This document shows positions 1 through 11,760 of a stretch of DNA of 64,000 nucleotides, piece by piece. The stretch spans positions 10,664,001-10,728,000 of the forward strand of contig CDPCPM010000050.1 in the NCBI GenBank assembly GCA_976551045.1, given 5' to 3'. The notes beneath the pieces are model-generated. The model was not told where the DNA came from. It was given only the letters and a program-made list of their open reading frames with translations, and did not search any database. The number at the start of each line of letters is the position of its first letter. Position 1 is the first letter of the stretch. The position numbers were made by a program, and so were the translations under genes. Source of the DNA: Glaucostegus cemiculus. Its lineage: Eukaryota.

Positions 1-548
1 ACTTTTCAATGGTTCTCTCAAACTATATCATGTCTTAATTTGGAAAAAATTAGGAGTGGTACTGTTGATTCTTCGCTTAAATTTGAAGCTATTTGGAGTC
101 CATTTATTCAATACTTTCATCTGATGTAGTTTCCCCTTCTATAACTTTTTTTTAAATTTAGAGAAACGGAGCTGACATCATTATATTGTTCTATTTCTAT
201 TTGAAAATTTTAGCCCAGTTTTTTTTTCCTTGTTTTTTTTTCTTTTTTTTAAATTCATTTTTGGTTTAATTTACTCTATATTATTATGATTTTTTATAAT
301 GATTTGTTTTTTTTTGGTTTTTTTTCTAATTATATAACAAATCTTTTTCTTTTCTATCTTTTACATTATACTTATGAACCGAGAGATTGTTGGAACTATT
401 TCTTTTATATATATCATATTTTATTGCTTTTTTTTATGATTACCTACGATTTACTTGATATTTCTATAATACATGTGTAAACATTGTTGTTATATATCTT
501 AACTTGTAATGATTTGTTATCAATAAAAAGATTGAAAAAGAAAAAAGT
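1..548 (+). mobile_element. 3' end of an L1-clade LINE (ORF2 C-terminus, T-rich 3'UTR, polyA signal, A-rich tail)
   Basis: Frame +1 from base 1 reads TFQWFSQTISCLNLEKIRSGTVDSSLKFEAIWSPFIQYFHLM* (stop 127-129), resembling fish L1 ORF2 termini (W..LEKIR..F..IW.PF). AATAAA at 522-527 is followed by attgaaaaagaaaaaag. Confidence 0.75.
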
Positions 549-3379
549 ACATGAAAATAAATGAAAACATACACCACAGTAATCATTGCAATTGCATATT
601 ATAAATACACAGCAGGAAAGACTCTCACAGATTTTTAGCACCAGTGACGAAGAATCCTGGAAAAGGAATACAAGACAGACACTCCATCAAAAAGGTCAAT
701 TGACTACAATATAAGGATATTGGTATCTTTTTATTCTTTTCCATCAGGGGCTCATAATACTCTATCCTTCTTAATAATAACAGTTGTCTCATACTTTACA
801 AACTGCATCACAAAATGTACTGCATTGGATCAAAATAGAATTTTATATAATAGAGTTGGACAATATTTGGACAATGTTCTATACCAATGTTTATCCTTCA
901 TATGATTCTCCTTCTTCATCTCACCCCTTTCCAACATCCATCTATTTATCCCCCTTCACCTGCCCACCCATCCTCATCTACTCCCTCTTAATTACATCAT
1001 TTTGTTTGAAACGCACCATCTTCTACACCCTAACCATTCTCTGGACAATGAGAATTTCTCCTTGATTACATAGGATCAGCTTGGCCAAAATTCAATGAAG
1101 CTCAATAAAAGTAAACTGCCATACTCTGTGACTATAAAGATGCCCCAGACTGACCACAATGCGTAATATGGTACACAATTGCTTATGTTTTTCCCCAATT
1201 ATTTTGAGTCGCAGTCTTTTGGTCCATACAGAAATCAATGAATTTACAGCAGATCCATTTTATAAAATGATCTGCTGCAGCCATAGGACTTTATTATTAT
1301 TAAAGACATAAGAAATTTCCTTGAGTGAATAAAACATTGTACTTTACTTTGGAATATGTTAAAAATAGGAACTTAAAATTGAGATTGATCTTATTTTAAT
1401 CTTTACTCGCTTTAAGCTCCTGAAGCCAGCACAACATTAACTATCAGATCAGACAACTCTCATTTTCTTTGTTTTACACAAATGCAAAGTGTGCCATGGA
1501 GTTAACTAGGGATGATTCACTTCCCAACTTCTGCTCCACTCTTATATTGATGCACTCTATTTCCTTAAGTCATTTCCTAGTTTGCGTAGTTCCTGCTGTT
1601 CAGTACATCGTTGCTACTTTGTATCGCACTCAGTTCAACATTTGGGAGCACAAAGGCTGCCATGCTGTTTTATACTTTGAAGAAGAAAAATTTTGGCATA
1701 GCTTTGTATAGCTGCAATATATCAAGATATTTTTGAGCCTTTCTAATCTTATATTCAGAATTCACTGGCTGTTGACTAAAACTGAAAAGCAGTTCATTTG
1801 GTAAGGAACACTGTACTGATCAAGATTAGAATTCACCAGATCTTCCTGAATTTGACCAACTAAACTGCAATTTTTTTACTCTATTATTAGTCTGAACTGC
1901 AGGGAGCCATTTTTTCAACCAATAATTTATGAATTTAATATCGTGCAATTTAAAGCATAAGTTTAAATGTGGTTAAAAAATGGCCTGTAAACAGGTCTTT
2001 GTTTCATGTCAGAATAGATTTATGAACCCGGATTTGGTCCAATGGTGATATTAGTGACAGACGCTATTAAATTGGGCTGTAGGGCTCCTTAATCCTCCAG
2101 TGGCAAGTTTATGCCATAATTTTCTGGGAATATAACAAGGATATGCCACAGCGAGTGTAATGACAGATCAAGAGGACAATGGACAAAGGAAAAGCTAAGT
2201 GAAGTTGCATACCATTCGGACCTGGTTATGTTTAGAATAGATCTTTGAAGACTGAATTAATAGGCAGAAAACAGCACACATTCAAATTACAGAGGGCTGG
2301 TATGCCTTGAGAACTGTTTTTATATCTGTCTGGTTAGTTCATTAGATGGAACTTCAACCCTCCTTTTCCCATTGAGGTTGTATGAGAAACATAGGAACCA
2401 AAGGCTTTTAACCTTCATTTGCTCAAACAGTCTCTAATCCCAGAGCTATTTCTGATTTACTACTTGGATTTTAATAAGGTATAAATGGGCACATTGTGAT
2501 CACAGACACCTAAGATTAATAATTGGAATCACAAGAAAATATCACCTTAGATGGTAGTTTACAGCTAGGAACCAGAAACCCATTTTCACCCACAATACAC
2601 AGTATAAGATCTGTTGTTTTTACCAGTGTCCCTAAACACTGCCAGACTGTACCAATGAATAATAATAATAAAGCACCTAATGAGGGCAACACAAATATTT
2701 CTTTATTCAAATAGTAAACTATGATTGCACCAAACATATTGAGCCAGCTATAATGTCATAAATCACTCACATCATAACTTCCTCTAATTTTCCCATCATA
2801 ATAATAGCAAATACTGTAGATGTGCCATTATTATGGCAAAAAATCTTCATTAACATACAGCTAAGAATTAACATAATCCCAAGAATAGGGAGCTGGAAAG
2901 CCCTGATGTTTGTGAAGTGAATAGATTTTTATAAACTGTAAACAACGAACCATTTCTGTAAAGAAAGAGAGGAACATAATAATTCAGAACCATGATTAAA
3001 ATGTGCAATGTAATGACAATGGCTGTCAGGGGAAAGCTGCTCTGAAGAAGTGAATGGGACTTGCTTGGAATGACATTCCTGGTGGCATAAATATATAAAT
3101 AGCATTCATCCCATCACTTCCCTCTCTTGATGTTTTTGTAGCCTTCTCCCACTCCACATTCCTCCTTATGACTGCCTGATGGTCTCATTCCACAGATGAG
3201 CAGCTTGTCTGTTTTACTAACAGGAAGCCTAAACTGCAGGATAGCTCATAACCACCCCACCCCCACCAACATTGTTCAGCAGGTTGTGTGATATCCCCAG
3301 CCACTGCTTGCCCCATCCACACCCATTGGTTTTAACAAGAAAATATAAACTAGAAAGCACACCTAGAGTGGTGAAGCTG

Positions 3380-3465
3380 GTGTAGACAGAGTGCAGATGC
3401 TCTACAAACACTCACCCAATCTACACTTGGTTTTTCTAATGCAGGGGAGGCCACATCAAAGCAGG
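3380..3465 (-). mobile_element. Penelope-like element GIY-YIG endonuclease fragment (degenerate)
   Basis: Minus strand reads CGLPCIRKTKCRLGEC/FVEHLHSV with one frameshift, matching the PLE motif CGxxYIGETKRRLGxRFxEHL. Confidence 0.6.
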
Positions 3466-4503
3466 TTCTGGCTTTGAATTTGCAGCTAGAATCTCACAGC
3501 AACTTATTGTCTGTTTGAAGAAGAGAAGAATTTACAGACTATAATGGACCAAGCCATTCTCAAGCAGTCCTGCCACCTGTACTACTCTTCAGACCACACT
3601 TGGTTTCTGCAGTTCTGTGGATCCAGTCCTGCCTGAGATGTTGCAGCCACAGCTATCCCACAAAGCAGAAAAGGCAGAAAGACAACTTGGCCTCAGGCTG
3701 CAGATGGTCAGGCCCTGTGACTGGACTGACCTGATGGTCTTTTGATAACTCACTGATAATCCATCAGATAATATGTGAATCAATACAATATAAAAGTAAA
3801 AGAAGAAGATTAAAATGATTTTTAAATAATAGTTTATTTTAAAAATTAACAACATTGAAAAGTAATATATGTACTTACAAACATCTTTAAGTACTGGAGA
3901 TCAATTAAAATCATTAAGTTAAATAAAATAAAGTAGTAAAACAAACCACTTACCTGAAATTAATTTTTCACTCAAAGTTGGCCACACTAACTAACTAAGT
4001 GCATCTGAGCCCTCAGCTCAGAACATTTGTGCTCATTCCCCGAACTGGAAAGGAAGGTCAGGAATAAGATGACCAATGCCTGCAGCTCAGCACTACTTCT
4101 ATAATAACCACAGGCTGAAGGACAGAAGGATCCAGCCCAGTGTGAGAAAACCAGAAGGTTCATTTAAACCATCTGCCACAATGCAAATCAATACAATTCA
4201 GTTTCAAACTTGTTTGCTTGTGAGAATACCACTCATTAATGAAAGCAGCAAGCTTTGCATGGCAGAGGCATTCAATGTTATTTGATGGTCATTACTGTTC
4301 TCATGTTGACATTGTTCAAGCACAGGCAACCATAATGGGATGATCAGTCCATGCTTTGCAATTTCTGAAATCCTTCTAAATCTGACAATAACCAGAGCTA
4401 GCTTTCAGTTTCATAGAAAGGATTTATGACCTCATTGCTGATGTAGTTTTGCAGTCTTTCAGTCTCTTCATTTCAAAGGCACAATTAATATTATTAAAAT
4501 GCA

Positions 4504-4535
<32 letters not shown>

Positions 4536-4558
4536 AATATATATATTACACACATATA
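4504..4558. repeat. (AT)n microsatellite merging into a 34-bp perfect palindrome
   Basis: AT run 4504-4529; tatatgtgtgtaatatatatattacacacatata (4525-4558) equals its own reverse complement. Confidence 0.9.
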
Positions 4559-5302
4559 CACTTAAACACACCTACACACATACTAGTTTGCCTCTTCTAA
4601 ACAGAAGACCCATATACTGGTGAATGTTTAGATATTTTTTCAGGTTTACCATGAATAATGTGTTATTGGGGCTTTGATTTTGATTCACAATGATGGACTA
4701 AGTGGAGTGATGATTTTATTGCACAACATTGTAGAAGAACTTACGACAACCTGGGAGTTCTTAATTATGTCTATTTTTGCATTTACACTGTAAATCAATA
4801 GTGTTAATTACTGTTCAATGTTGATGTGCAAATAATTTTACCTCTTATTTCTCCTTAGAGTCCAGGATACATGGGTAGCAGCGAAGACATTGGTGGTAGA
4901 GTACGGATTCTCAATGTATGAGGAGATGATAAGGCTTTGGAAATGCAGTAATATGATGTGGCAGCCCTGCTTGTGTCCCGTTGGATCTGAATGGTGTTGT
5001 GATCAAGGAGCAGTAGGATGTGGTAATGGGATGTGGGAATCCCGCTGTGGTCTGGTGGGAGCTGGATGGTGCAGTGATCTTATGGGGTGTGGTAATGGGA
5101 TGGGCTTTCAGGTTTAGGAAGTGAAGGCAGGATTCTATTAGGGTGTGAAATCAGGATCTGTAAACGCTGGGAACATTCTAGAAGCTCTGGAAGTTTCGGA
5201 ATATGCTTTGGAATCAATATTTAGGAGACCTTAGAATGTATAAGACAAAAATGTTGTGGAAGTTTTAACAAAGAAGCTGCAGCAGAGCTGAAGATTTGTA
5301 GG

Positions 5303-5422
5303 GAAGCAAAAAAGTACAGATGCTGGAAATCTGAGCTGAGATAGTAAATGCTAGAAATGATCAGCAGCTCAGGCTGTGACTGTGGAAAGAGAAACAGAGG
5401 AGACCTTTCCTTTCAATGACCA
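5303..5422 (-). mobile_element. Penelope-type terminal repeat (pseudo-LTR) fragment
   Basis: cagatgctggaaatctg...aaatgctagaaatgatcagcagctcaggc...tgtggaaagagaaacagag, homologous to the arms at 9310-9410 and 9970-10100. Confidence 0.65.
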
Positions 5423-6239
5423 ATGGATGTTCTTTATTAAGGATCTATGGATGCGAAGTAAGAGTTCTACTGCAATTGAGACAGAAGTAGAGAAAGAAAA
5501 CCAATCCTAAGAGCCAAAATTGTTTAAAATTATATTCAGATAAAGTATCACACTGATTTGACTTCAGAATTGCTTTTCCATTAATTTTGACTTTTGGTTA
5601 TTTGACTACATATTCAACCACAGGACCTGAAAACATCTTTGTGAGAGGTAATCAGATGCAAAGTATCAAAATAGGCCTCTGGAGATGTTATCAGTGGATA
5701 ATATCTATGCGAGTTCTTCAACATTTTTATTTGAAGTCTTCTCATTCTCTTAATCCTTTAACTAGATTGATTGTTAAAATTCACAATCCTCTTTACTTTT
5801 CCAGCACACTGTATGCATAATGAAGTAAAACACCCTAAATACAGGCTATCTTGGTGGATTCAAACCATGGCCCCACTCGATTAGCCCAGTAGCAGCTACA
5901 AATAAGGCCCACCACTGGTAGGATCTGAAATCTGGAAATTAGCAGAAATATGGGCCAAATGTTGGCCTGCCTACCTGCATGCATCAGTTTTCTGGCTTCA
6001 GCTGAACGAAAGCCCAAAGGTCTCTGAGTCTTAAAGTCTATGTGATTGACAGAAAAGAGAGATTAGACTTAACAAAACCATACATATAAAGAACACATTT
6101 AAAGACATTTAAAATACATGTAAATGAAGAAACTTTAGACAGTCTATTATACTTCTACAGTTCACCAAATAACAGTACGTTGCTAAATTAGATAGCTCCC
6201 AAATAGACAGTCACCTCTTCTTTTCACACTCCTTGTGTC

Positions 6240-6720
6240 ACTAATTACCTTATAGCTGGTGACAACCACTGTCCCTCTGAGGCAGTGAAATTCCTTTCAG
6301 TTCAGGGACATACCTGTTAAATGACATCTGCGCAATCAATGACACCTTGTATTGTTGGGATTCCTGAAATCCTAGCAAACCTGTATGTTCCTCTCCACCT
6401 ACTGATTTCTGGCAATCAAGAATAAAATATATTTAACTTTCTTACAGCAGTGGATGTTAATATGTAACTCAAAAAACGATGCAAGCTCTCTGCCTTAAGC
6501 CTGGAAGGAGCCAATTGTTTACAAGTGCATTGCAACAGCCACCTTAGCACAGCGGAAATGCTGTCCTTGTCCCGCGCGCGCTGTGGTTACAATTGTGGAT
6601 GCAGCAGGTGAAAGCTTTCAGTGACCAGATTAAAATGCAAACAGTTCACACTTTGTTCTACACTGAGGTTGAGGAAGGAGAACAGATTATTGACCACCTG
6701 CGCAAATCTTGACATCCTGC
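6240..6720 (-). mobile_element. PIF/Harbinger transposase (HARBI1-like DDE nuclease) relic with stops and frameshifts
   Basis: Minus-strand peptide pieces FSFLNLSVEQ...HLLHPQL*PQ...KVAVAMHL*TIGSFQA and RFARISGIPTIQGVIDCADV correspond to Harbinger motifs (ALxFxAxGSFQ; GFPxVxGxIDCTHV). Confidence 0.7.
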
Positions 6721-7299
6721 TGAAAGCCTTCCACCCACCCTCTCTCCACACCTCTTTTTATTCTCCTTCCTCAATCTCAGTCCATCTGCCCATGTTCCCT
6801 CTCTCAGTTATACATTATGGATAACAACAGTAATTCAAAATTGTAACTTATTGGCTGAAGAGTAGGTTAGCATGAAATTATTATTTTGTCTGATAGGCTT
6901 TACCAATTCTGTAGATGGAGATGGGGTGGATTAGGAAAGAAAAGATGTCAGAAAGCAGTGCAATGAAAGCAAGCACAATTTGGAGAGATACAATCAATTC
7001 TGTATCAAAGGGCATAGCTGTGAGCTCTTGACCCAGCATCTGGGAGTTGATGTAGTAGATCTGCAACTTCTTGAGCTGAACACAAGAATAGTTGCGCTGT
7101 TTGATACCCTGAGCTAGCCTTCTCAAGGAAGAACAGTGTCTGGTGAACAGGCTCAGTGAGGTACATAATACCTTCATCAGTTTAAAAAGATAATCGTCTC
7201 CTGGTATTCTGGCAAGGAAGGGCAATGTCTTGTTCTGTAGTGCAGGATCCAATCTGTCCGTCAATCTGTTTGTCTTTATTTCACTACTGATGCACACTA

Positions 7300-8070
7300 A
7301 GGCTCACAATCCACTTCCTTCCAATCCCCGCCCTTAGAAAAAACAAACATTCTCTAAAACTGCCCCTTGCAATAGCCTAGAACTCACATATTTCTCCAGG
7401 AACTCTATTTACCCCTGATACTCTCTTTGAACAAGTTTTATCAATGAGCTCTCCTGTTCCCCTGATCAATTCTCAATAAACTGCTGACCAACCAACTTCC
7501 CTTTGTTTCCTACCTCTGTACCCACCGATCCCAGAAATCTATGCTCACAGCTCTCCAAGTGACTGTATTACTGCAGCAGTGACAACATTAAGAATGAATG
7601 GCTCTGTATCTGTGACAAAGGAAATCTATCCTTCCTTGTCTTTCTAGACAAGCATGCAGCATTTCAAACCTCTGTCAATATCTGTCTGCTGTCATCCATG
7701 GAATGCCACTGTACTTGCCTGGTTCCATTCTTATCCATCCAGTCATCACCAGAGGATTATCAGCAGTGGCTTATATTCCCTGCCCCTGTTGCATCTGGTG
7801 TTTTCCAGGCCTTATTCTTTGACCCCTCCCTCTTAGACTTCTCATCCACATACTGAGAGTTATTATCCAGAAGCAGTGTCTGTTTCCACCATTGGCAACT
7901 GTGCCTTGAGCAGGGGAGGATCTAACCTCTGCAACTCCTGTCTTAAACTGTTCTGCTTCTCTAGCTCTGTTTCTTCCTTTAAAATGTCCTCTCAGACCTA
8001 AGTATTTAGCTGATTATGCAGCTTGGCGTCAAAGTTTGTTTGATGATTCTCTCATATGACACCCCAAGGA
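7300..8070 (+). mobile_element. Degenerate L2-clade LINE reverse-transcriptase fragments
   Basis: CDKGNLSFLVFLDKHAAF resembles D.G..S.LVLLDLSAAFD; TVLAWFHSYPSSHHQRI resembles GTxLxWFxSYLSxRxQ; a decayed SGVPQGSILGP segment follows. Confidence 0.6.
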
Positions 8071-8270
8071 TGATACATTGATGCACTGTTATTTAATGTG
8101 TGTTAACAGACACAGATAAACTTTGCTATAGGTTTTCTTTTGAAGCAGACTTCCTTTTGTGTAACTTTAATTTACAAAGTATTAGCTATAATATCAAAGA
8201 GAAGAAAGTCCAAAAAAATTAAATTCAGAAAAATTCAATTTTTTTTTCATATTTCCTTATTATGTTGAAG

Positions 8271-8567
8271 GAAGCAATTCAACTCATCAAGTCTGTGAAG
8301 GTTTTCATATCAATCTCATCAATCCCATTACCATTTACTTCCCTGTAACCTTTTCTCTCTCACGTGTTGAACACCACCTCTGCTCCGCTCCCCAACCCAC
8401 AATGATTGAAAATCCACACGTCTTTGGGATGTGGGAAGAAACTGGAGCTCCTGGGAGAAACCTACACAGTCACAGGAAGAACACAGCTAGCACCAGAGGT
8501 CAGAATTGAACTCAGATCATTGCTGCTGTGAGGCAGCAGTATTAACTGCAGCACCACTGTGCCACCC
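8271..8567 (-). mobile_element. tRNA-derived SINE (V-SINE/HE1-like)
   Basis: Reverse complement starts gggtggcacagtggtgctgcag (tRNA-like head); central block gtctttgggatgtgggaagaaactggagctcctgggagaaacctacacagtcacagg; homologous to 16586-16832 and 18369-18655. Confidence 0.75.
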
Positions 8568-9084
8568 AGCCACATCATCAGTGTTTCATAAATTACCCTC
8601 AACAATTTAAGCCAATCCTCCTTGCAGAGAGAAGGGATCAGGTATGTTGAGAAATAACCTGTTTGATTAAATATAGAATCTCTACGAGATGTGCATAACA
8701 TTGCCCAACCTATTTTGTAATACATTGTCACATTTGACTTTCCTTCTACTTATTATCTATTCTTTTTACTTATCCTTTAATATCCTTTATTACATTAATC
8801 TTTCCTTTTCCTTTTACTTATCACCTTTCCTTTTACTCAGCATCTACTTAAGTTGTTTGCACCACAGGCTGGAATTTGCAAATTTGTAACTACACATGGT
8901 TGAAATCTCAGATAAACAGGCCATTGGTGTGCGAGTCCTGCTGTTGTAGAAGCTTTCTGGTTGAAATTGAAACTGACACAAGGGTAAATTCTTGAAAAAT
9001 ACCTCTCACCCATAATTCAGGGATGCCAAGCCCTTATTATGTACCAAGGTACATCATTAAGCATTTCAAGGTCATCCTAAAAAA

Positions 9085-9309
9085 AAGAATTTGCATTTAT
9101 ATGATCCCTTTTCATGTTTTCAGCATGTCCAAAAGCACCAGGAGCCAATGTGGTTTGTCTGAAATGTGTTCTCAGTTGTAAGAAAGAGAATGCAGTAACT
9201 CAGAGTGTTGTCACAGATAAAATAGGATCAGAAAATCTGTTTTAGTTGTCATGATTGATAGGTAAATCTTAGCTACAACACTGGCGAGAACTCCTGTGTT
9301 TCCTTCATG
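9085..9309 (-). mobile_element. Deu-domain SINE (SacSINE1/AmnSINE-like), 3' part
   Basis: gaatttgcatttatat...atcagaaaatctgttttagttgtcatgattgataggtaaatcttagctacaacactggcgagaactcc resembles the reverse Deu domain and tail. Confidence 0.55.
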
Positions 9310-10108
9310 TAATAAAAACAGAAAATGCTGGGAACACTCAGCAGGTCAGGCTGTATCTATGGGAAGAGGAACAGAATTAACATTTCAGTTTGAAGATGCT
9401 TCATCAGAACTGGGAAAGAGAGAAAACAAGTTAGCTGTAAGCTGCAGAGTGGGTAGGAGAGGGAGAAATGGACAAAGGGAATAATTCTGAGAGTGTGAAG
9501 TCAAGGTAGCTATGGTGATATTAGGCTGATGAAGCTATCTGGTTGATAGGTTAATGAGGGAAGTTAGAGAGAGAGCAAGAGAGAGAGAAAACAAAAGGTG
9601 AAGGAACAGTACTTCAGTCTCTGCATGTTGCAGACTTCTGGAGTCAATATCTCATTCAGCAATTTCAGATAACTTATTTTCTCTGTATTCAACAGAATGA
9701 GCCAGTTCTGCTGTAAATTAATCATCTGTAATATTAACTCAGTTTTTCTCACTCCTCTGACATTGCCTGATCTGCTGACTACTTCCTGTAGCTCTGACTT
9801 GCTTTTCACAGATTTTGCATGCCCCTTCTCTCTCTCTCTGCCTAATTGTCTCATTAATCTATCAGCACCATCTTATCACCATGGTGACCTTGGCTTCACC
9901 CTATCAGAAATATTCCCTTTGTCCACTTCATCTTTTCTCCACCCTCTCGACAACATTTTCTCTCTTCACCAATTCTGAAGCAGGGTCTTCAACTGGAAAC
10001 ATTCTCTCTGTTTCTCTCTCCACAGATGCTGCCTGACTTCATGAGTGTTTCCAGCATTTTCAGTTTTTATTTCCGATTTCTAGTATCTCAGTTTTTTGAC
10101 TTACATTC
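9310..10108 (+). mobile_element. 5'-truncated, 5'-inverted Penelope-like element with ~280-bp inverted arms and a 9-bp TSD
   Basis: 9310-9590 is the inverse of 9825-10075. 9601-9672 reads KEQYFSLCMLQTSGVNISFSNFR*, resembling the PLE GIY-YIG C-terminus. tccttcatg is duplicated at 9301-9309 and 10109-10117. Confidence 0.75.
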
Positions 10109-10290
10109 TCCTTCATGAGGTGTCATGAGATCCTTAATGGCTATTGGAGTGAAAAAAAGTGTCCCTTCCATAAAGACCTATTTGGAAGACAACATTCCAC
10201 TAATTTAGTTGCCCAGATTGTGTGCTCAAATTTCTAGAGCAGAACTTGAACATACAACTTTCTGAGTCAGAGACAAGAGAGCCATTCGGT
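10109..10290 (-). mobile_element. Deu-domain SINE, 5' part (continuation of 9085-9309)
   Basis: gtgtcatgagatcct...cccagattgtgtgctcaaatttctagagcagaacttgaacatacaactttctgagtcagagacaagagagcc is a reverse tRNA-like head with B-box-like ttcaagt. Confidence 0.55.
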
Positions 10291-10637
10291 CAAGGATGCC
10301 CTCCAGCAGTGCAGTGTGTGAAATAACATACACAAGCTGAATGCCAATAATGTTGATGAACTTTATAATAGTGATTCGGTGCAAAAGTGGCACCTCTGAA
10401 ACCACTGTTATTCTGAAAATGCCAGTTTCAGATATTGGCATACATACAGCAGGATGTGGCATAGAAACAGGTAATGTTTCCAACTTTCTATGAAAATCAT
10501 TCCAATGTTATTCCAATTAAGCAAGCAATGTCAGCATAAAATAAGGTGCAAAGACACAAAAGGCAATTGTAACAAGAAAACATTTAAACATATTAACAAC
10601 TTTAGCACTTGTACATCTAAAAAATTTACCTTGCAAG

Positions 10638-10755
10638 CACAAGAGATGTAGATGCTGGAATCTGGGGCAAAAACCAATCTGCTGGAGTAGTTCAGTTGGT
10701 CAGGATGAAGGTTCCCAATCTGAAGTGTTGAGCCTCCACAAATGCTGCCTAACCA
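10638..10755 (-). mobile_element. Penelope-type terminal repeat, internally deleted foldback copy
   Basis: acaagagatgtagatgctggaatctggggcaaaaaccaatctgctggag is the reverse complement of the 28867-28917 tail. Confidence 0.65.
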
Positions 10756-11508
10756 CATTTTTTCTTTAAAAAAAGCCTTCTTTTATTACGCAACAAAAAA
10801 AGCAAAGATACCTAAAAGCTGCCAAGTTCTGACAAATGAAACAAGTGGTGACCTTCACTGTCACATGTAGTATGGCACAGATAGCTGGCCAGGAACGAAA
10901 TAGCATGGGTGAGCCATGGGCTTCCTAGTCAGGCTGAACAACATTGCTTTTTTTTACCTCACCAGTTCTGCTGGAGTTAATGCCAGAGGTTATACCCGTT
11001 GCTCAACCCTTATAGCCTATGGAGACACCACTCACCTTTTCCTCAGAAAAGATTACTGAACATGATTTGTCCTTGCCACAGAGCCAGTAAAGCTTCTACT
11101 GTAATAACTCATCAAGGGCAAAGTTAACCTGGGGTAAAATATTTGCTTTTTTAAATGTGTTTATAATTGTGAAGTGTACCTTAGTTTCCATCATTTAAAT
11201 CATCTTAAAATTAGGATGAGACTTCGCACTTTGTTTGATAATTATTTTATTTTTGTACTACTGCAAATCCATAGAAAAATACTCATTTTAACAAATGGTT
11301 CACTCCCCACAAACACTTAAACCCACAAATGTTTCACTAAGATATGCCTCCAATGGATTTAACAGACTGTGCGATCAAATAGTCTCTTGCACTTGGGAGA
11401 GCGTTCTTGTAATAGCACCTTCATTAATCAGGAAAGCATTTTGAATAAATCTAGAGAATGTCAGAAAATACCTCAAAATGTTTCAGTAAATGAGAAATTG
11501 TCTTACTA

Positions 11509-11760
11509 CAGGAAGTTCTTAGGTTACAGTAGGGTTCCATACCTGAGAACTGTTCATAACCTGAACTGTTTGTAAGTCAGAAATGAACAAAATCAGTGTG
11601 TGAGAGAGGATCACTGAAACAGCTGTGACAGGAGAGTGAGCAGGCACGGGAAGAGCATCCACCAGCCAGCCTCACTGACTCAGTGAGTGAGCGAGTGAGC
11701 CTGCTCAGTGCTCCCGGCTCTGCTCAGCTTGACCCGGCCCAGCCTGTGAGAATTATTTAT
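11509..11760 (+). mobile_element. Possible Tigger/TcMar-type non-autonomous DNA transposon end
   Basis: ta|caggaagttcttaggttacagtagggttcc...cataacctgaactgtttgtaagtcagaaat resembles a TA-CAG Tigger TIR and subterminal pattern. I did not find the other TIR. Confidence 0.4.

Noticed and set aside
6881-7297. 138-aa minus-strand ORF next to the Harbinger relic (possible Myb/SANT partner or Tx1 fragment)
   Set aside because: I could not match any motif with confidence.
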